Assembly (NCBI GenBank): GCA_944366945.1 | Contig: CALVWJ010000001.1 | Span: 1 to 64,000, forward strand | Origin: an uncultured Clostridia bacterium | Lineage (GTDB): Bacteria > Bacillota > Clostridia > Christensenellales > CAG-138 | Reading direction: 5' to 3' | DNA: 64,000 nucleotides | Part shown: positions 50,871 through 59,953 of the stretch, one piece after another | How the letters are laid out: every line of letters starts with the position of its first letter | Numbering within the stretch: the stretch's first letter is position 1 | Translations under genes and position numbers: made by a program | The notes under the pieces: generated by a model | Seen by the model: only the letters and a program-made list of their open reading frames with translations | What the model was told of the DNA's origin: nothing | Databases searched by the model: none

Positions 50871-52550
50871 ATGGAGATCGTGATCTGGATTTTGGTGCAG
50901 CTTGCCTTGTTTGGCGGCTTGCTGTGGTTTGTGAGTGCGCGGCGGGATAAAGAACTGGGCGTAGCGCGGCGTCGTCCTGCTCCTAAGAACGAGACGCGTG
51001 AATTGCACGCCTTGCGCGCGCAGCGCGCACGCGCGTTGAATATGCCGCTTGCAGAGCTCGCGCGGCCAGCAAAAATGGAAGACATCGTCGGCCAGGAGGA
51101 TGCCATCCGTGCGCTGCGCGCAGCCATGTGTGGCCCAAATCCCCAGCATGTGTTGCTGTATGGCCCGCCAGGCGTTGGAAAAACCTGCGCGGCGCGCCTG
51201 GTACTCGAAGAGGCCAAACGCAATCCCGAATCCCCGTTTGATGAACAATCCGCTTTTGTTGAGGTGGATGCTACCTGCGTGCGCTTTGATGAACGTGCGA
51301 TTGCGGATCCGCTGATCGGCTCCGTGCATGACCCGATTTATCAAGGCGCAGGAACGCTTGGAGCCCAGGGTGTGCCCCAGCCAAAACCGGGCGCGGTTAC
51401 GCGGGCGCATTGCGGGGTGCTTTTCCTCGATGAGATCGGAGAGCTGCACCCGATGCAGATGAACAAATTGCTTAAGGTTCTTGAGGATCGGCGCGTTTAT
51501 TTTGACAGCGCATATTATTCGCCGGAAAATGCTGCGATTCCGCCGCATATCCACGATATTTTCCAAAATGGATTGCCTGCGGATTTCCGCCTAATCGGTG
51601 CGACCACGCGCAGCCCGGAAGAAATCCCGCCGGCGCTCCGCTCGCGGTGCGTTGAACTGTTTTTCCGCCCGCTTGGCCAGGCTGATCTTGCCGCGATTGC
51701 ACAAGGCGCTGCGCGCCGGCTGGGCGTGAGGATTGGCGATGCTGCACTGCAAACCTGCGCTTCCTATTGCGCTTCGGGCCGCGATGCAGTGAATATCGTG
51801 CAGCTTGCAGGCGGCGCTGCGCACGCGGAAGGCCGGGAAGAGATTTCCCTTGAAGATGTGCTTTGGGTTGCCGAAACGTGCCGCCATAGCCGCAGGTTGG
51901 TGCAGCGCATTTCCGATACGCCGCGCGTAGGCGTATGCGCTGGGCTAGCGGTATCTAGCTCTGGGCAGGGGCTTGCAATCGAAATTGAATGCACGGCCGT
52001 ACGCGCGGAGCACGGCATGGGAACGCTGCTTTTGGGCGGCATGGTGGAAGAGGAGGAGATCGACCTTCGTACGCGCAAGCTCCGCCGTAAAGGCACGGCG
52101 CGCGTTTCCGTGGAAAATGTCCGCGAGGCGTTTCGCCGGCGCTTTGGGCTTGATTGCAGGGATTATGATGTGCGCTTTAACGTGCCGGGCGGCATGCCGA
52201 TGGATGGACCTTCGGCAGGCATTGCGCTATCTGTGGCGCTTATGAGCGCCATTACTGGGGAAGCTCCCATGGCGCGCATTGCGCTGACAGGCGAGATCAC
52301 CGCACAGGGCGAAGTGCGCCCCGTGGGCGGCGTGCGGGAAAAGCTTGCAGCAGCAGTGGAAGCGGGCGCACAAACGCTCGTGCTCCCAGCGGATAACTGG
52401 GAAGAAGGGTTTTCCAAATTGCCCGCAGCGGTATACCCTGTTCGGGATATTGCAGAAGTAATGCGCATTGCGTTTGGCGTTACCCATGAAACGCACGCCA
52501 AGGAAGACATGCCTTCTGTGCTTGAGCAGCAGATGGCGATTGGCGATTGA
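50871..52550 (+). CDS. lonB: LonB-type ATP-dependent protease (sporulation-associated, N-terminal TM)
   Basis: N-terminal TM, AAA+ (GPPGVGKT) and Lon protease domain (PMDGPSAGIA). Position after clpX as in spore-formers. Confidence 0.85.
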   Translation: MEIVIWILVQLALFGGLLWFVSARRDKELGVARRRPAPKNETRELHALRAQRARALNMPLAELARPAKMEDIVGQEDAIRALRAAMCGPNPQHVLLYGPPGVGKTCAARLVLEEAKRNPESPFDEQSAFVEVDATCVRFDERAIADPLIGSVHDPIYQGAGTLGAQGVPQPKPGAVTRAHCGVLFLDEIGELHPMQMNKLLKVLEDRRVYFDSAYYSPENAAIPPHIHDIFQNGLPADFRLIGATTRSPEEIPPALRSRCVELFFRPLGQADLAAIAQGAARRLGVRIGDAALQTCASYCASGRDAVNIVQLAGGAAHAEGREEISLEDVLWVAETCRHSRRLVQRISDTPRVGVCAGLAVSSSGQGLAIEIECTAVRAEHGMGTLLLGGMVEEEEIDLRTRKLRRKGTARVSVENVREAFRRRFGLDCRDYDVRFNVPGGMPMDGPSAGIALSVALMSAITGEAPMARIALTGEITAQGEVRPVGGVREKLAAAVEAGAQTLVLPADNWEEGFSKLPAAVYPVRDIAEVMRIAFGVTHETHAKEDMPSVLEQQMAIGD

Positions 52551-52745
52551 AGGAATGGGCGCGCATGGCAAAACACATCCGCCTAATGGATTAGCCAGTG
52601 CCTGTAAGCGTGCCTTGCATGCTCCATTGCGCTTTCTGCATAGTTCGAATGCTAGGCGGTGGAGCATTTGCAACGTAAAGCCTTTTCGGGTTCGCGCATG
52701 CCGCCCAAAACGATTGTGGCTGGTGAAGCCAAAGCGAGCTTCAAC

Positions 52746-52783
52746 AAATGAGATTGGCGTATTGCAGAATACAATGCTGCAAT
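52746..52783 (+). terminator. Strong palindromic terminator about 195 nt downstream of lonB
   Basis: ggcgtattgcag-aatacaatg-ctgcaatacgcc (perfect 12-bp stem) followed by ttttt. Confidence 0.55.
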
Positions 52784-53418
52784 ACGCCTTTTTGCGATGA
52801 TTACCATTCGGAAACGGGAATTAAAAACTAGCCACATGCAGAAGACGATGGGCAAAGCAGGCTTTGCAAAAAAACAACGTCAAATGGCAAACGAATTTTG
52901 TGCTCGGGTATCCCATCCTGCTTGAACCCCTAATTCGAAATGCCCTTAATAGGTCAAACGAGTTGCGTTGTGGCTCGCGGACAAAGAATCCGGCGCGTGT
53001 AAGGGCGTAAGGGGAGGCATGCTCCATTCAAAGTTCCAAAAACGATTTTTGTTGCACGTGCATGGCGCTGCTGTGGAGAACATGCGAAACCATCGTATGC
53101 ATTTGGGCAGCTGCACGGTCGTGCTATTGCCGAAACATGCTGCCGGATGCGCTTGAACATGTTTGCGCGGCTTTCATGCCCCAAGGAGCCTGCTTTAGAG
53201 CACAGGCCGGAAACTCCGAATATCCTCCTGTACTGCCCCGAACAAAAGGCTTAAAACATTTTAACCCGCTGTCCCTCAAGAGCAGGGCAGGGCTTTTGCC
53301 TTTTGATTCCTTTTTTATGTTTTTGCACCAAATTCATATTGTTGTCACATAAACAGTTTATATGTATAATGAAATAACACCCATGTTGGAACGATCCAAC
53401 GAAAAAGGAATGAAGACA

Positions 53419-55800
53419 ATGGAACAGATCAACAAAATTTATGAACATATCCCGGTTGTCCCGCTGCGGGGCCTGGTTGTGCTGCCCGGCGAGCTGCTGC
53501 ATTTTGATGCGGGAAGGCAAGGGAGCGTTAAAGCGCTTGCGGCAGCTTCCGAAGAAGGGAAATTCGTTTTTCTTACATCCCAGAAGGACATCCGCAAAAA
53601 TGACGTTGGACGGGATGACATCTATCGTATTGGCACGGTTTGCCGCATCCGCCAGATGCTCAGCCTTCCCGGCGATACAATGCGCGTGCTCGTATATGGC
53701 ATCTGCCGTGCGCGTTTTACAAGCTTGGAACACGGCGAGTATCTAACCGCAGATGCTGTGCAGCTTGATCCGCCGCCTTATGATGAAACCGAAGCGGAGG
53801 CGTTACGCCGCCGCTTGGCCAAGGCACTTGGGGAGTATACGGCCCTTTCCACCAAGCTCACGGCAGATACTGCGGAGAGCATTTCGCGCACGGAGGATGC
53901 GGGGGCGTTTGCGGATGCGGTTGCCAATGTAACGCTCGGCAAGATGGAGCAGCGGCAGCGCGTGCTGGAATGCTTTGACGTGCCGGAACGCCTGCGCGAA
54001 ACCCTTACGCTCGTGTTGGATGAAATTGAGATCCTGCGCGTGGATCGACGCATTTCGCAGGAAGTCAAACGCAGGGTGGATAAAAACCAGAAGGAATACT
54101 ATCTGCGCGAGCAGATGAAAGCCATCCGCGCGGAGCTGGGCGAAACGGATCAAGCGGAGGCGGATGCGCTCCTCGAACGCCTTGAAAAGAAGGATATGCC
54201 GGAGGAACTGCGCGAAACGGTGAAAAAAGAAATCGACCGCTTCCGCGATTTGCCCGCTGGCTCGCATGAGCAGCCGCAGATGCGCAACTACATTGAATGT
54301 ATGCTTGATCTGCCGTGGACGGAACAGACGCAGGATGACCTTGACCTTGCGCATGCGCGCGCAGTGCTGGATGCGGATCATTATGGCTTGGAAAAGGTAA
54401 AGGACCGCATCATTGAACATCTTGCCGTTGCAAGGCTTACGGGAAAGGTTACAGGCCAGATTTTATGTTTCGTTGGGCCTCCGGGCGTGGGAAAAACTTC
54501 GGTTTCTGAATCCATCGCCCGCGCGCTTGGACGCAATTTTGTGCGCATGAGCTTGGGCGGTGTGCATGATGAAGCGGAGATCCGCGGCCATCGCCGTACC
54601 TATATTGGCGCAATGCCCGGCCGGGTTATCGAGGCCATGCGAAAGGCAGGTTCTGTGAACCCTGTGCTGCTGTTTGATGAGATTGATAAGCTCACGAGCG
54701 ATATGCGGGGCGATCCTGCTTCGGCGATGCTCGAGGTGCTGGACAGCGCGCAGAACCACGCCTTCCAGGACCACTTCCTGTCCGTGCCTTACGATCTTTC
54801 CAAGGTGATGTTCATCACTACTGCAAACAGCACGGATACGATTCCTCGGCCGCTCCTTGACCGCATGGAGGTTATAGAGGTGCCGAGCTATCTTGAAAAT
54901 GAAAAGCGGGAGATTGCCAAACGGCATTTGCTGCCCAAACAGATGGAAAAGCACGGGCTGAAAAAATCCATGCTGAGCATCTCGGATGATGTGCTTTCTG
55001 CGCTTATCCGTGGTTACACACGTGAGGCTGGTGTACGCGAGCTGGAACGGACGCTTGCCAAGGTGTGCCGCAAAGCCGCCTGCGAGATCGGTGAAGGAAA
55101 AACGCGCGTGCGGCTTACGGCGCAGCGCATGCGGGAGTACCTTGGACCGGAACGCTATTTGGACATCCAGGCGCATAAGGATGATATGATAGGCGTTGTA
55201 AATGGCCTTGCATGGACGAGCGTGGGCGGCGTGTTGCTGGAGGTTGAAGTGCAGTCCGTTCCAGGAAGTGGCCAGGTGATTCTGACTGGAAAACTGGGCG
55301 ATGTGATGCAGGAAAGCGCCCGTGCAGCGCTCACCTTTTTAAAAGCGCATGCGGAAGTGTTGGGAATTCCAGCGCTTGACAAACGAGACATCCACGTGCA
55401 TGTGCCGGAAGGTGCTGTGCCGAAGGATGGCCCTTCTGCCGGCATTACGATCATGACAGCCATGGCAAGCGCGCTTACCGGGATCCCCGTGCGCGCGGAT
55501 GTAGCCATGACAGGTGAGATCACGTTGCGCGGACGCGTGCTTCCGATAGGCGGGCTGCGCGAGAAACTGCTTGCTGCAACGCGAGCGGGCATAACGAAAG
55601 TGATCATCCCAGAGGAAAACCGTAAGGACCTCTTTGATGTGCCTGCGGAAGTGCAAAGCGCATTGCACATTGTTTATGCGCGAGATGCAATGTGCGTGCT
55701 TGCAGAAGCGCTTACCCGCATGCCGGGCGGGCAGGAGGCTTGCCCGGAAATGCTGCCGCTGCATGTAAGCGCACATGAGCGGCCGGGGGCAATCCAATAA
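53419..55800 (+). CDS. lon: ATP-dependent protease La (LonA); alternative start at 53410
   Basis: N-terminal LON domain, AAA+ Walker [10 protein letters not shown] and protease domain [10 protein letters not shown]. Confidence 0.9.
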   Translation: MEQINKIYEHIPVVPLRGLVVLPGELLHFDAGRQGSVKALAAASEEGKFVFLTSQKDIRKNDVGRDDIYRIGTVCRIRQMLSLPGDTMRVLVYGICRARFTSLEHGEYLTADAVQLDPPPYDETEAEALRRRLAKALGEYTALSTKLTADTAESISRTEDAGAFADAVANVTLGKMEQRQRVLECFDVPERLRETLTLVLDEIEILRVDRRISQEVKRRVDKNQKEYYLREQMKAIRAELGETDQAEADALLERLEKKDMPEELRETVKKEIDRFRDLPAGSHEQPQMRNYIECMLDLPWTEQTQDDLDLAHARAVLDADHYGLEKVKDRIIEHLAVARLTGKVTGQILCFVGPPGVGKTSVSESIARALGRNFVRMSLGGVHDEAEIRGHRRTYIGAMPGRVIEAMRKAGSVNPVLLFDEIDKLTSDMRGDPASAMLEVLDSAQNHAFQDHFLSVPYDLSKVMFITTANSTDTIPRPLLDRMEVIEVPSYLENEKREIAKRHLLPKQMEKHGLKKSMLSISDDVLSALIRGYTREAGVRELERTLAKVCRKAACEIGEGKTRVRLTAQRMREYLGPERYLDIQAHKDDMIGVVNGLAWTSVGGVLLEVEVQSVPGSGQVILTGKLGDVMQESARAALTFLKAHAEVLGIPALDKRDIHVHVPEGAVPKDGPSAGITIMTAMASALTGIPVRADVAMTGEITLRGRVLPIGGLREKLLAATRAGITKVIIPEENRKDLFDVPAEVQSALHIVYARDAMCVLAEALTRMPGGQEACPEMLPLHVSAHERPGAIQ

Positions 55801-55812
55801 AAATAAGAGAGA

Positions 55813-56424
55813 ATGCTGAAAAACATGGAAGGTTTTACGATTAAAAAAGCGGCGTTTGAAACGAGCGTGGGCCTGGGCGGGAAATACCCTTCCGGCGGTG
55901 TACAGATCGCCATGGTAGGGAAATCCAATGTGGGAAAATCGAGCTTGATCAATTCGTTGTGCAACAATTTCAAGCTGGCTCGCATTTCTTCCAGCCCGGG
56001 CAAAACACGGCTGATCAATTTCTTCCGCGTGAATGACGCGTTTTATTTGGTGGATCTTCCTGGATACGGCTTTGCAAAAGCCCCCAAGGTAGAACAGGAA
56101 AAATGGGGTAAGTTGATGGAGGACTATTTAGCTTCTGGCTTGCTGACGCATATTTTCCTGCTGATTGACATTCGGCATGCGCCCACCGCAGAGGATAGGC
56201 AGATGTTTCAATGGATCCTGTATTACGGGGTACCCTTTACGCTCATTGCAACCAAAGCGGATAAACTTGCACGTTCCAAACGCCAGCAAGCCGCCAACAC
56301 GGCGGCGAAACTCCTTGGCGCACCGCCTTATGCGATTCCCTATTCATCGGAAACGGCGGAAGGGCGGGAAGAAGTGTGCGCGCGCATTGGCGGCATCCTT
56401 TCGGACGGAATGCCAGGCATATGA
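55813..56424 (+). CDS. engB: Ribosome biogenesis GTPase YsxC/EngB
   Basis: G1 GKSNVGKSS, G3 DLPGYG and G4 TKADK. Conserved position after lon. Confidence 0.85.
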   Translation: MLKNMEGFTIKKAAFETSVGLGGKYPSGGVQIAMVGKSNVGKSSLINSLCNNFKLARISSSPGKTRLINFFRVNDAFYLVDLPGYGFAKAPKVEQEKWGKLMEDYLASGLLTHIFLLIDIRHAPTAEDRQMFQWILYYGVPFTLIATKADKLARSKRQQAANTAAKLLGAPPYAIPYSSETAEGREEVCARIGGILSDGMPGI

Positions 56425-56439
56425 TGCAAATAGACGATA

Positions 56440-56490
56440 AAAGCGGCACGCTCCATATAATGGAGCATGCCGCTTCTTTTTTTCATGATT
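56440..56490 (+). terminator. Terminator after engB
   Basis: gcggcacgctcc-atataat-ggagcatgccgc followed by ttcttttttt. Confidence 0.55.
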
Positions 56491-56580
56491 ATTGCGAGAT
56501 CGCGAAAATGGGTATTGACATATAAAAGCCCCTTTCGCATAATAGTGGAGTAAAAAAACAATCTGCTGGAGGGTACCGTG

Positions 56581-56976
56581 ATGGGCCTAAGAAAATGTCC
56601 TCGCTGTGAGCTGAATTATATCCGTGATGATGAAAAGTATTGCAACGTCTGCAAACGCGAAATGAAAGGGGAGCCGGATGCCGAAGAGGCCACCATGCTG
56701 TGCATTGAGTGTGGGGAGAACCCTGCGGTAAAAGGATCGGAGCTTTGCGCAATCTGCCTGCGCGAAGCGCGGAGACAGGAAAAGCTTTCCGATCTTCCGG
56801 AAGATATGCGTGCAGCGAGCGATCTTTCCCTTACGAGCGTTGCGCTGGATGAAATCGAAGTTCCCCTGCCCGCAGATGGGGAAATCCCGGAGAGCGAGCT
56901 GGATGAAATCGATAAGGAACTTGGAGAGGATGACGCGGACGAGCTTTCCGATGAGGATGAGTCGGAAGATGCATGA
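56581..56976 (+). CDS. Hypothetical double zinc-ribbon protein with strongly acidic C-terminal tail
   Basis: Two CxxC...CxxC pairs (CPRCE..CNVCK and CIECG..CAICL). C-terminal DE-rich tail. Preceded by a TTGACA-17-CATAAT promoter-like sequence. Confidence 0.45.
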   Translation: MGLRKCPRCELNYIRDDEKYCNVCKREMKGEPDAEEATMLCIECGENPAVKGSELCAICLREARRQEKLSDLPEDMRAASDLSLTSVALDEIEVPLPADGEIPESELDEIDKELGEDDADELSDEDESEDA

Positions 56977-56991
56977 CGCGTTTGGAGCAGG

Positions 56992-57684
56992 ATGAAGGTA
57001 TTTGCATTGGCGGACCTGCATCTTTCCGGCAGCGTCAACAAGCCGATGGACGTGTTTGGCCCGGCGTGGGATAACCACCTTACGCGCATTCAAACAGCTT
57101 GGAGTGAAACGGTAGACCCGGGAGATCTCGTGCTGATCCCGGGTGACATCAGCTGGGCAATGCGCCTGGAGGAAGCACAAACAGATCTTGAAACGATTGC
57201 TGCGCTGCCTGGCACAAAGCTTCTTTTGCGCGGAAATCATGATTACTGGTGGAATTCCCTTTCCAAGGTGCGTGCCGCGTTGCCCGAAGGAATGTATGCG
57301 CTCCAAAATGATGCGTTTGCGTTTGGAAACCTGGCCATTGTGGGATCGCGTGGATGGGTATGCCCTGGGAGCGCTGGCTTTGACGATGCGGTGGATAGCC
57401 CGATTTATGAGCGGGAAGTGATTCGCCTGGGGCTTTCGTTTTCTCATGCGCAAGAGGGTAGGCCTATTCTATGCATGATGCATTATCCACCATTTAATGA
57501 ACGGAGAAAGCCTTCTGGCTTTACTGCAACGATTGAGCAATTTGGCACAAAACATGTGGTGTATGGGCACCTTCATGGCAAAGCATGCCGCAATGCTTTC
57601 GAAGGTGAACGCAATGGCGTGCAATATACGCTGTGCTCGGCAGATCATCTAAATTTTAAACCGAAATTCATCATGGAAATATAA
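56992..57684 (+). CDS. Metallophosphoesterase (calcineurin-like phosphodiesterase)
   Basis: DLH, GD, GNHD and GHLH motifs. Confidence 0.75.
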   Translation: MKVFALADLHLSGSVNKPMDVFGPAWDNHLTRIQTAWSETVDPGDLVLIPGDISWAMRLEEAQTDLETIAALPGTKLLLRGNHDYWWNSLSKVRAALPEGMYALQNDAFAFGNLAIVGSRGWVCPGSAGFDDAVDSPIYEREVIRLGLSFSHAQEGRPILCMMHYPPFNERRKPSGFTATIEQFGTKHVVYGHLHGKACRNAFEGERNGVQYTLCSADHLNFKPKFIMEI

Positions 57685-57722
57685 TATAACAAACAAAATC
57701 ACTGGATGACAAAAAGCCTCCT

Positions 57723-57750
57723 CAAAAGGAGGCTTTTTTGCATAAAAGTG
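57723..57750 (+). terminator. Rho-independent terminator
   Basis: aagcctcct-caaa-aggaggctt followed by tttt. Confidence 0.7.
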
Positions 57751-57844
57751 CTTTTTAGATAAATAAGCAACATATGCTGGAGATAGCTCTGATAATTTGG
57801 AAAATAATGGAAAACAATGAAAACAGGGATAAAATTCAATTAAA

Positions 57845-57876
57845 GTGGTGACAAGTGTGGTGAAGTGGTGTATAAT
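57845..57876 (+). promoter_or_regulatory. Pmra promoter with MraZ-box-like direct repeats at 10-bp periodicity
   Basis: GTGGTG (57845), GTGTGGTG (57855) and GTGGTG (57865) repeats spaced about 10 nt apart. GTGACA -35, 17-nt spacer, TG-extended TATAAT at 57871. Confidence 0.45.
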
Positions 57877-57939
57877 GGGTTCAGATGATGCGAAGGTGTA
57901 TGCATATGCACATTTGCAGAATGCAAGGAGGCGTACGCG

Positions 57940-58386
57940 ATGCTGATCAACTCGTTTGAGCATAACGTGGACGCCAAGGGCCGGCTTTTTATTCCGGCTA
58001 AGTGGCGCGAGGATTTGGGAAGCACCATGATCGTTACCCGGGGCATGCTGGGGAAAACCGATCGGCGGTGCCTCTTTGGCATGTCGCTCGCAACATGGGA
58101 CATGCTCCTTGAACGCTACAATAGAATCGCAATGACGGATGTGAAAGCCCAGAATGCGTTGCGCATGACTTTTGCAAATGCCTGTGACTGCGAACTGGAC
58201 AAGCAAGGGCGTATCCTTATTTCTGGTACGTTGCGCAAATATGCTGGCATCGACAAGGATGCAGTGCTCGTAGGCATGGGAAATCGCATCGAGATCTGGA
58301 GCGGCGAGATGTGGGCGGCGCAGCTTGAAGCAAGCGAAAACGAAGAAGAAGACACGTTTGCTTATCTTGCGGGGCTTGGCATATGA
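57940..58386 (+). CDS. mraZ: Transcriptional regulator MraZ
   Basis: Two SpoVT/AbrB-like halves with DxxGR motifs (DAKGRLFIP, DKQGRILIS). Confidence 0.9.
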   Translation: MLINSFEHNVDAKGRLFIPAKWREDLGSTMIVTRGMLGKTDRRCLFGMSLATWDMLLERYNRIAMTDVKAQNALRMTFANACDCELDKQGRILISGTLRKYAGIDKDAVLVGMGNRIEIWSGEMWAAQLEASENEEEDTFAYLAGLGI

Positions 58387-59321
58387 GCGAGTTCCATCAT
58401 ATCCCCATCCTGCGGGAGACTGTAGTTGCGTTGCTGGCCCCCCAACGAGGCGGGATTTTTATAGATGGGACGCTTGGCGGCGGAGGTCATGCCGAAGCTG
58501 TGCTGGAACGCCTGCCAAAGGGTGGACGGCTTTATGGCATTGACCGGGATGGTGCTGCAATTGAGGCTGCATCCCGGCGGCTTGCTCGATATGGTGAAGC
58601 GTTTACCGCCATTCATGGAAATTTCTTTGATATGAAACGCCTGCTTGCTCAATGCGGCGTGATGGAAGTGGATGGCATTCTTTTGGATCTTGGCGTATCT
58701 TCGCATCAGCTTGATACGCCGCAGCGTGGATTTTCCTACCGAGAAGATGCACCGCTGGATATGCGCATGGACCCATCTGCTCCCCTTTCCGCTTACGACG
58801 TTGTGAACGGTTATCCGGCGGAGACGCTTGCAAGAATCCTAAAGGAGTATGGCGAGGAACGCTATGCTTCCCGTATCGCAAATGCAATTGTGCAACGGCG
58901 TGCAGAAGCGCCGCTGAACAGCACAATGGAACTTGCAGAACTTGTAAAACGCGCCCTACCGGCTCCGGCACGGCGGGAAGCGCAGCATCCAGCACGGCGC
59001 ACCTTCCAGGCGTTGCGCATTGAGGTGAATGGAGAACTTGCAGGCCTTGCGGAAGCGCTTACAGATGCGCATGATCTGCTGCGGCCGGGCGGAGTGCTGG
59101 CCGTAATCACGTTTCACTCGCTGGAGGATAGAATCGTGAAGCAGTTATTCCGCACATTTGAGCATCCTTGCACCTGCGACCCGCACGCGCCGGTGTGTAC
59201 CTGTGGAAAAAAGCCCACCGTGCGGGCGCTCACGAAAAAGCCGATTATGGCGGATGAGACGGAACTTGAGGCAAACCCACGTGCCCACAGCGCCAAGCTG
59301 CGGGCGATTGAGAAGTTATAA
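58383..59321 (+). CDS. rsmH: 16S rRNA (cytosine1402-N4)-methyltransferase RsmH
   Basis: HIPIL...DGTLGGGGH SAM-binding motif. Conserved position after mraZ. Confidence 0.9.
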   Translation: MSEFHHIPILRETVVALLAPQRGGIFIDGTLGGGGHAEAVLERLPKGGRLYGIDRDGAAIEAASRRLARYGEAFTAIHGNFFDMKRLLAQCGVMEVDGILLDLGVSSHQLDTPQRGFSYREDAPLDMRMDPSAPLSAYDVVNGYPAETLARILKEYGEERYASRIANAIVQRRAEAPLNSTMELAELVKRALPAPARREAQHPARRTFQALRIEVNGELAGLAEALTDAHDLLRPGGVLAVITFHSLEDRIVKQLFRTFEHPCTCDPHAPVCTCGKKPTVRALTKKPIMADETELEANPRAHSAKLRAIEKL

Positions 59322-59342
59322 GTTGAGGCGGGAACGAATACC

Positions 59343-59927
59343 ATGGCAATAGCGGCAAGAAAAGACGAATACATCTACGCCCCCTCGCGGGTCTATTCCC
59401 ATAGCCGCGCAGCAGTGGCTGAGGCGCTGCCAGAAAACGCGCAGGAAGAGGCGCCACGTCCGGTACAGCCGGAGCCAAAAACGGTGCCGCAGCACACCCG
59501 GCAGCCCGCGGTCAAAACGCGGATTCATCGAGGGGTTTCCGTGCGGCAGAGGCGCAAGCAGCGCACATTGCCGCGGGTGTTGAGCGTAGGATGCGTGTTC
59601 ATCATGGCCGCGATCCTCATCGGTGTGATCATGCGATACTCCATGATCACTCTCGCCTATTCCAACATCAACGATTTGGAGGACCAGATTGCCGAAAGCG
59701 AACGCAATATAGCGGCGCTGAATGTGCAGCTCAACAGTGCAATTGATCTCAACGCTGCGCGAGAAACAGCGCTTGCGGCCGGGCTGGGTTATCCTACGGC
59801 AGAGCAAATTGTTACCGTGCGCGAAACGGTAGGCAGTTATCAAAAAGATGATGGCGGGGCAGATGGGGAGCTTGACCAAAAACAGGATGAGGGCGCGGAT
59901 CCGGCTGGGTCGCTTGATACGGACTGA
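59343..59927 (+). CDS. ftsL: FtsL-like cell division protein (single TM plus coiled coil) with extended Pro/Gln-rich N-terminus
   Basis: Position between rsmH and the PBP gene. TM segment VGCVFIMAAILIGVIM followed by a coiled coil. Confidence 0.5.
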   Translation: MAIAARKDEYIYAPSRVYSHSRAAVAEALPENAQEEAPRPVQPEPKTVPQHTRQPAVKTRIHRGVSVRQRRKQRTLPRVLSVGCVFIMAAILIGVIMRYSMITLAYSNINDLEDQIAESERNIAALNVQLNSAIDLNAARETALAAGLGYPTAEQIVTVRETVGSYQKDDGGADGELDQKQDEGADPAGSLDTD

Positions 59928-59953
59928 CGCTCCCTTCCTTCGGAGGAAAACAC

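Noticed and set aside
52551-53418. CIRCE (HrcA) or CtsR heat-shock operator upstream of lonA
   Set aside because: No TTAGCACTC-N9-GAGTGCTAA inverted repeat or tandem GGTCAAA-type CtsR repeats were found by eye.
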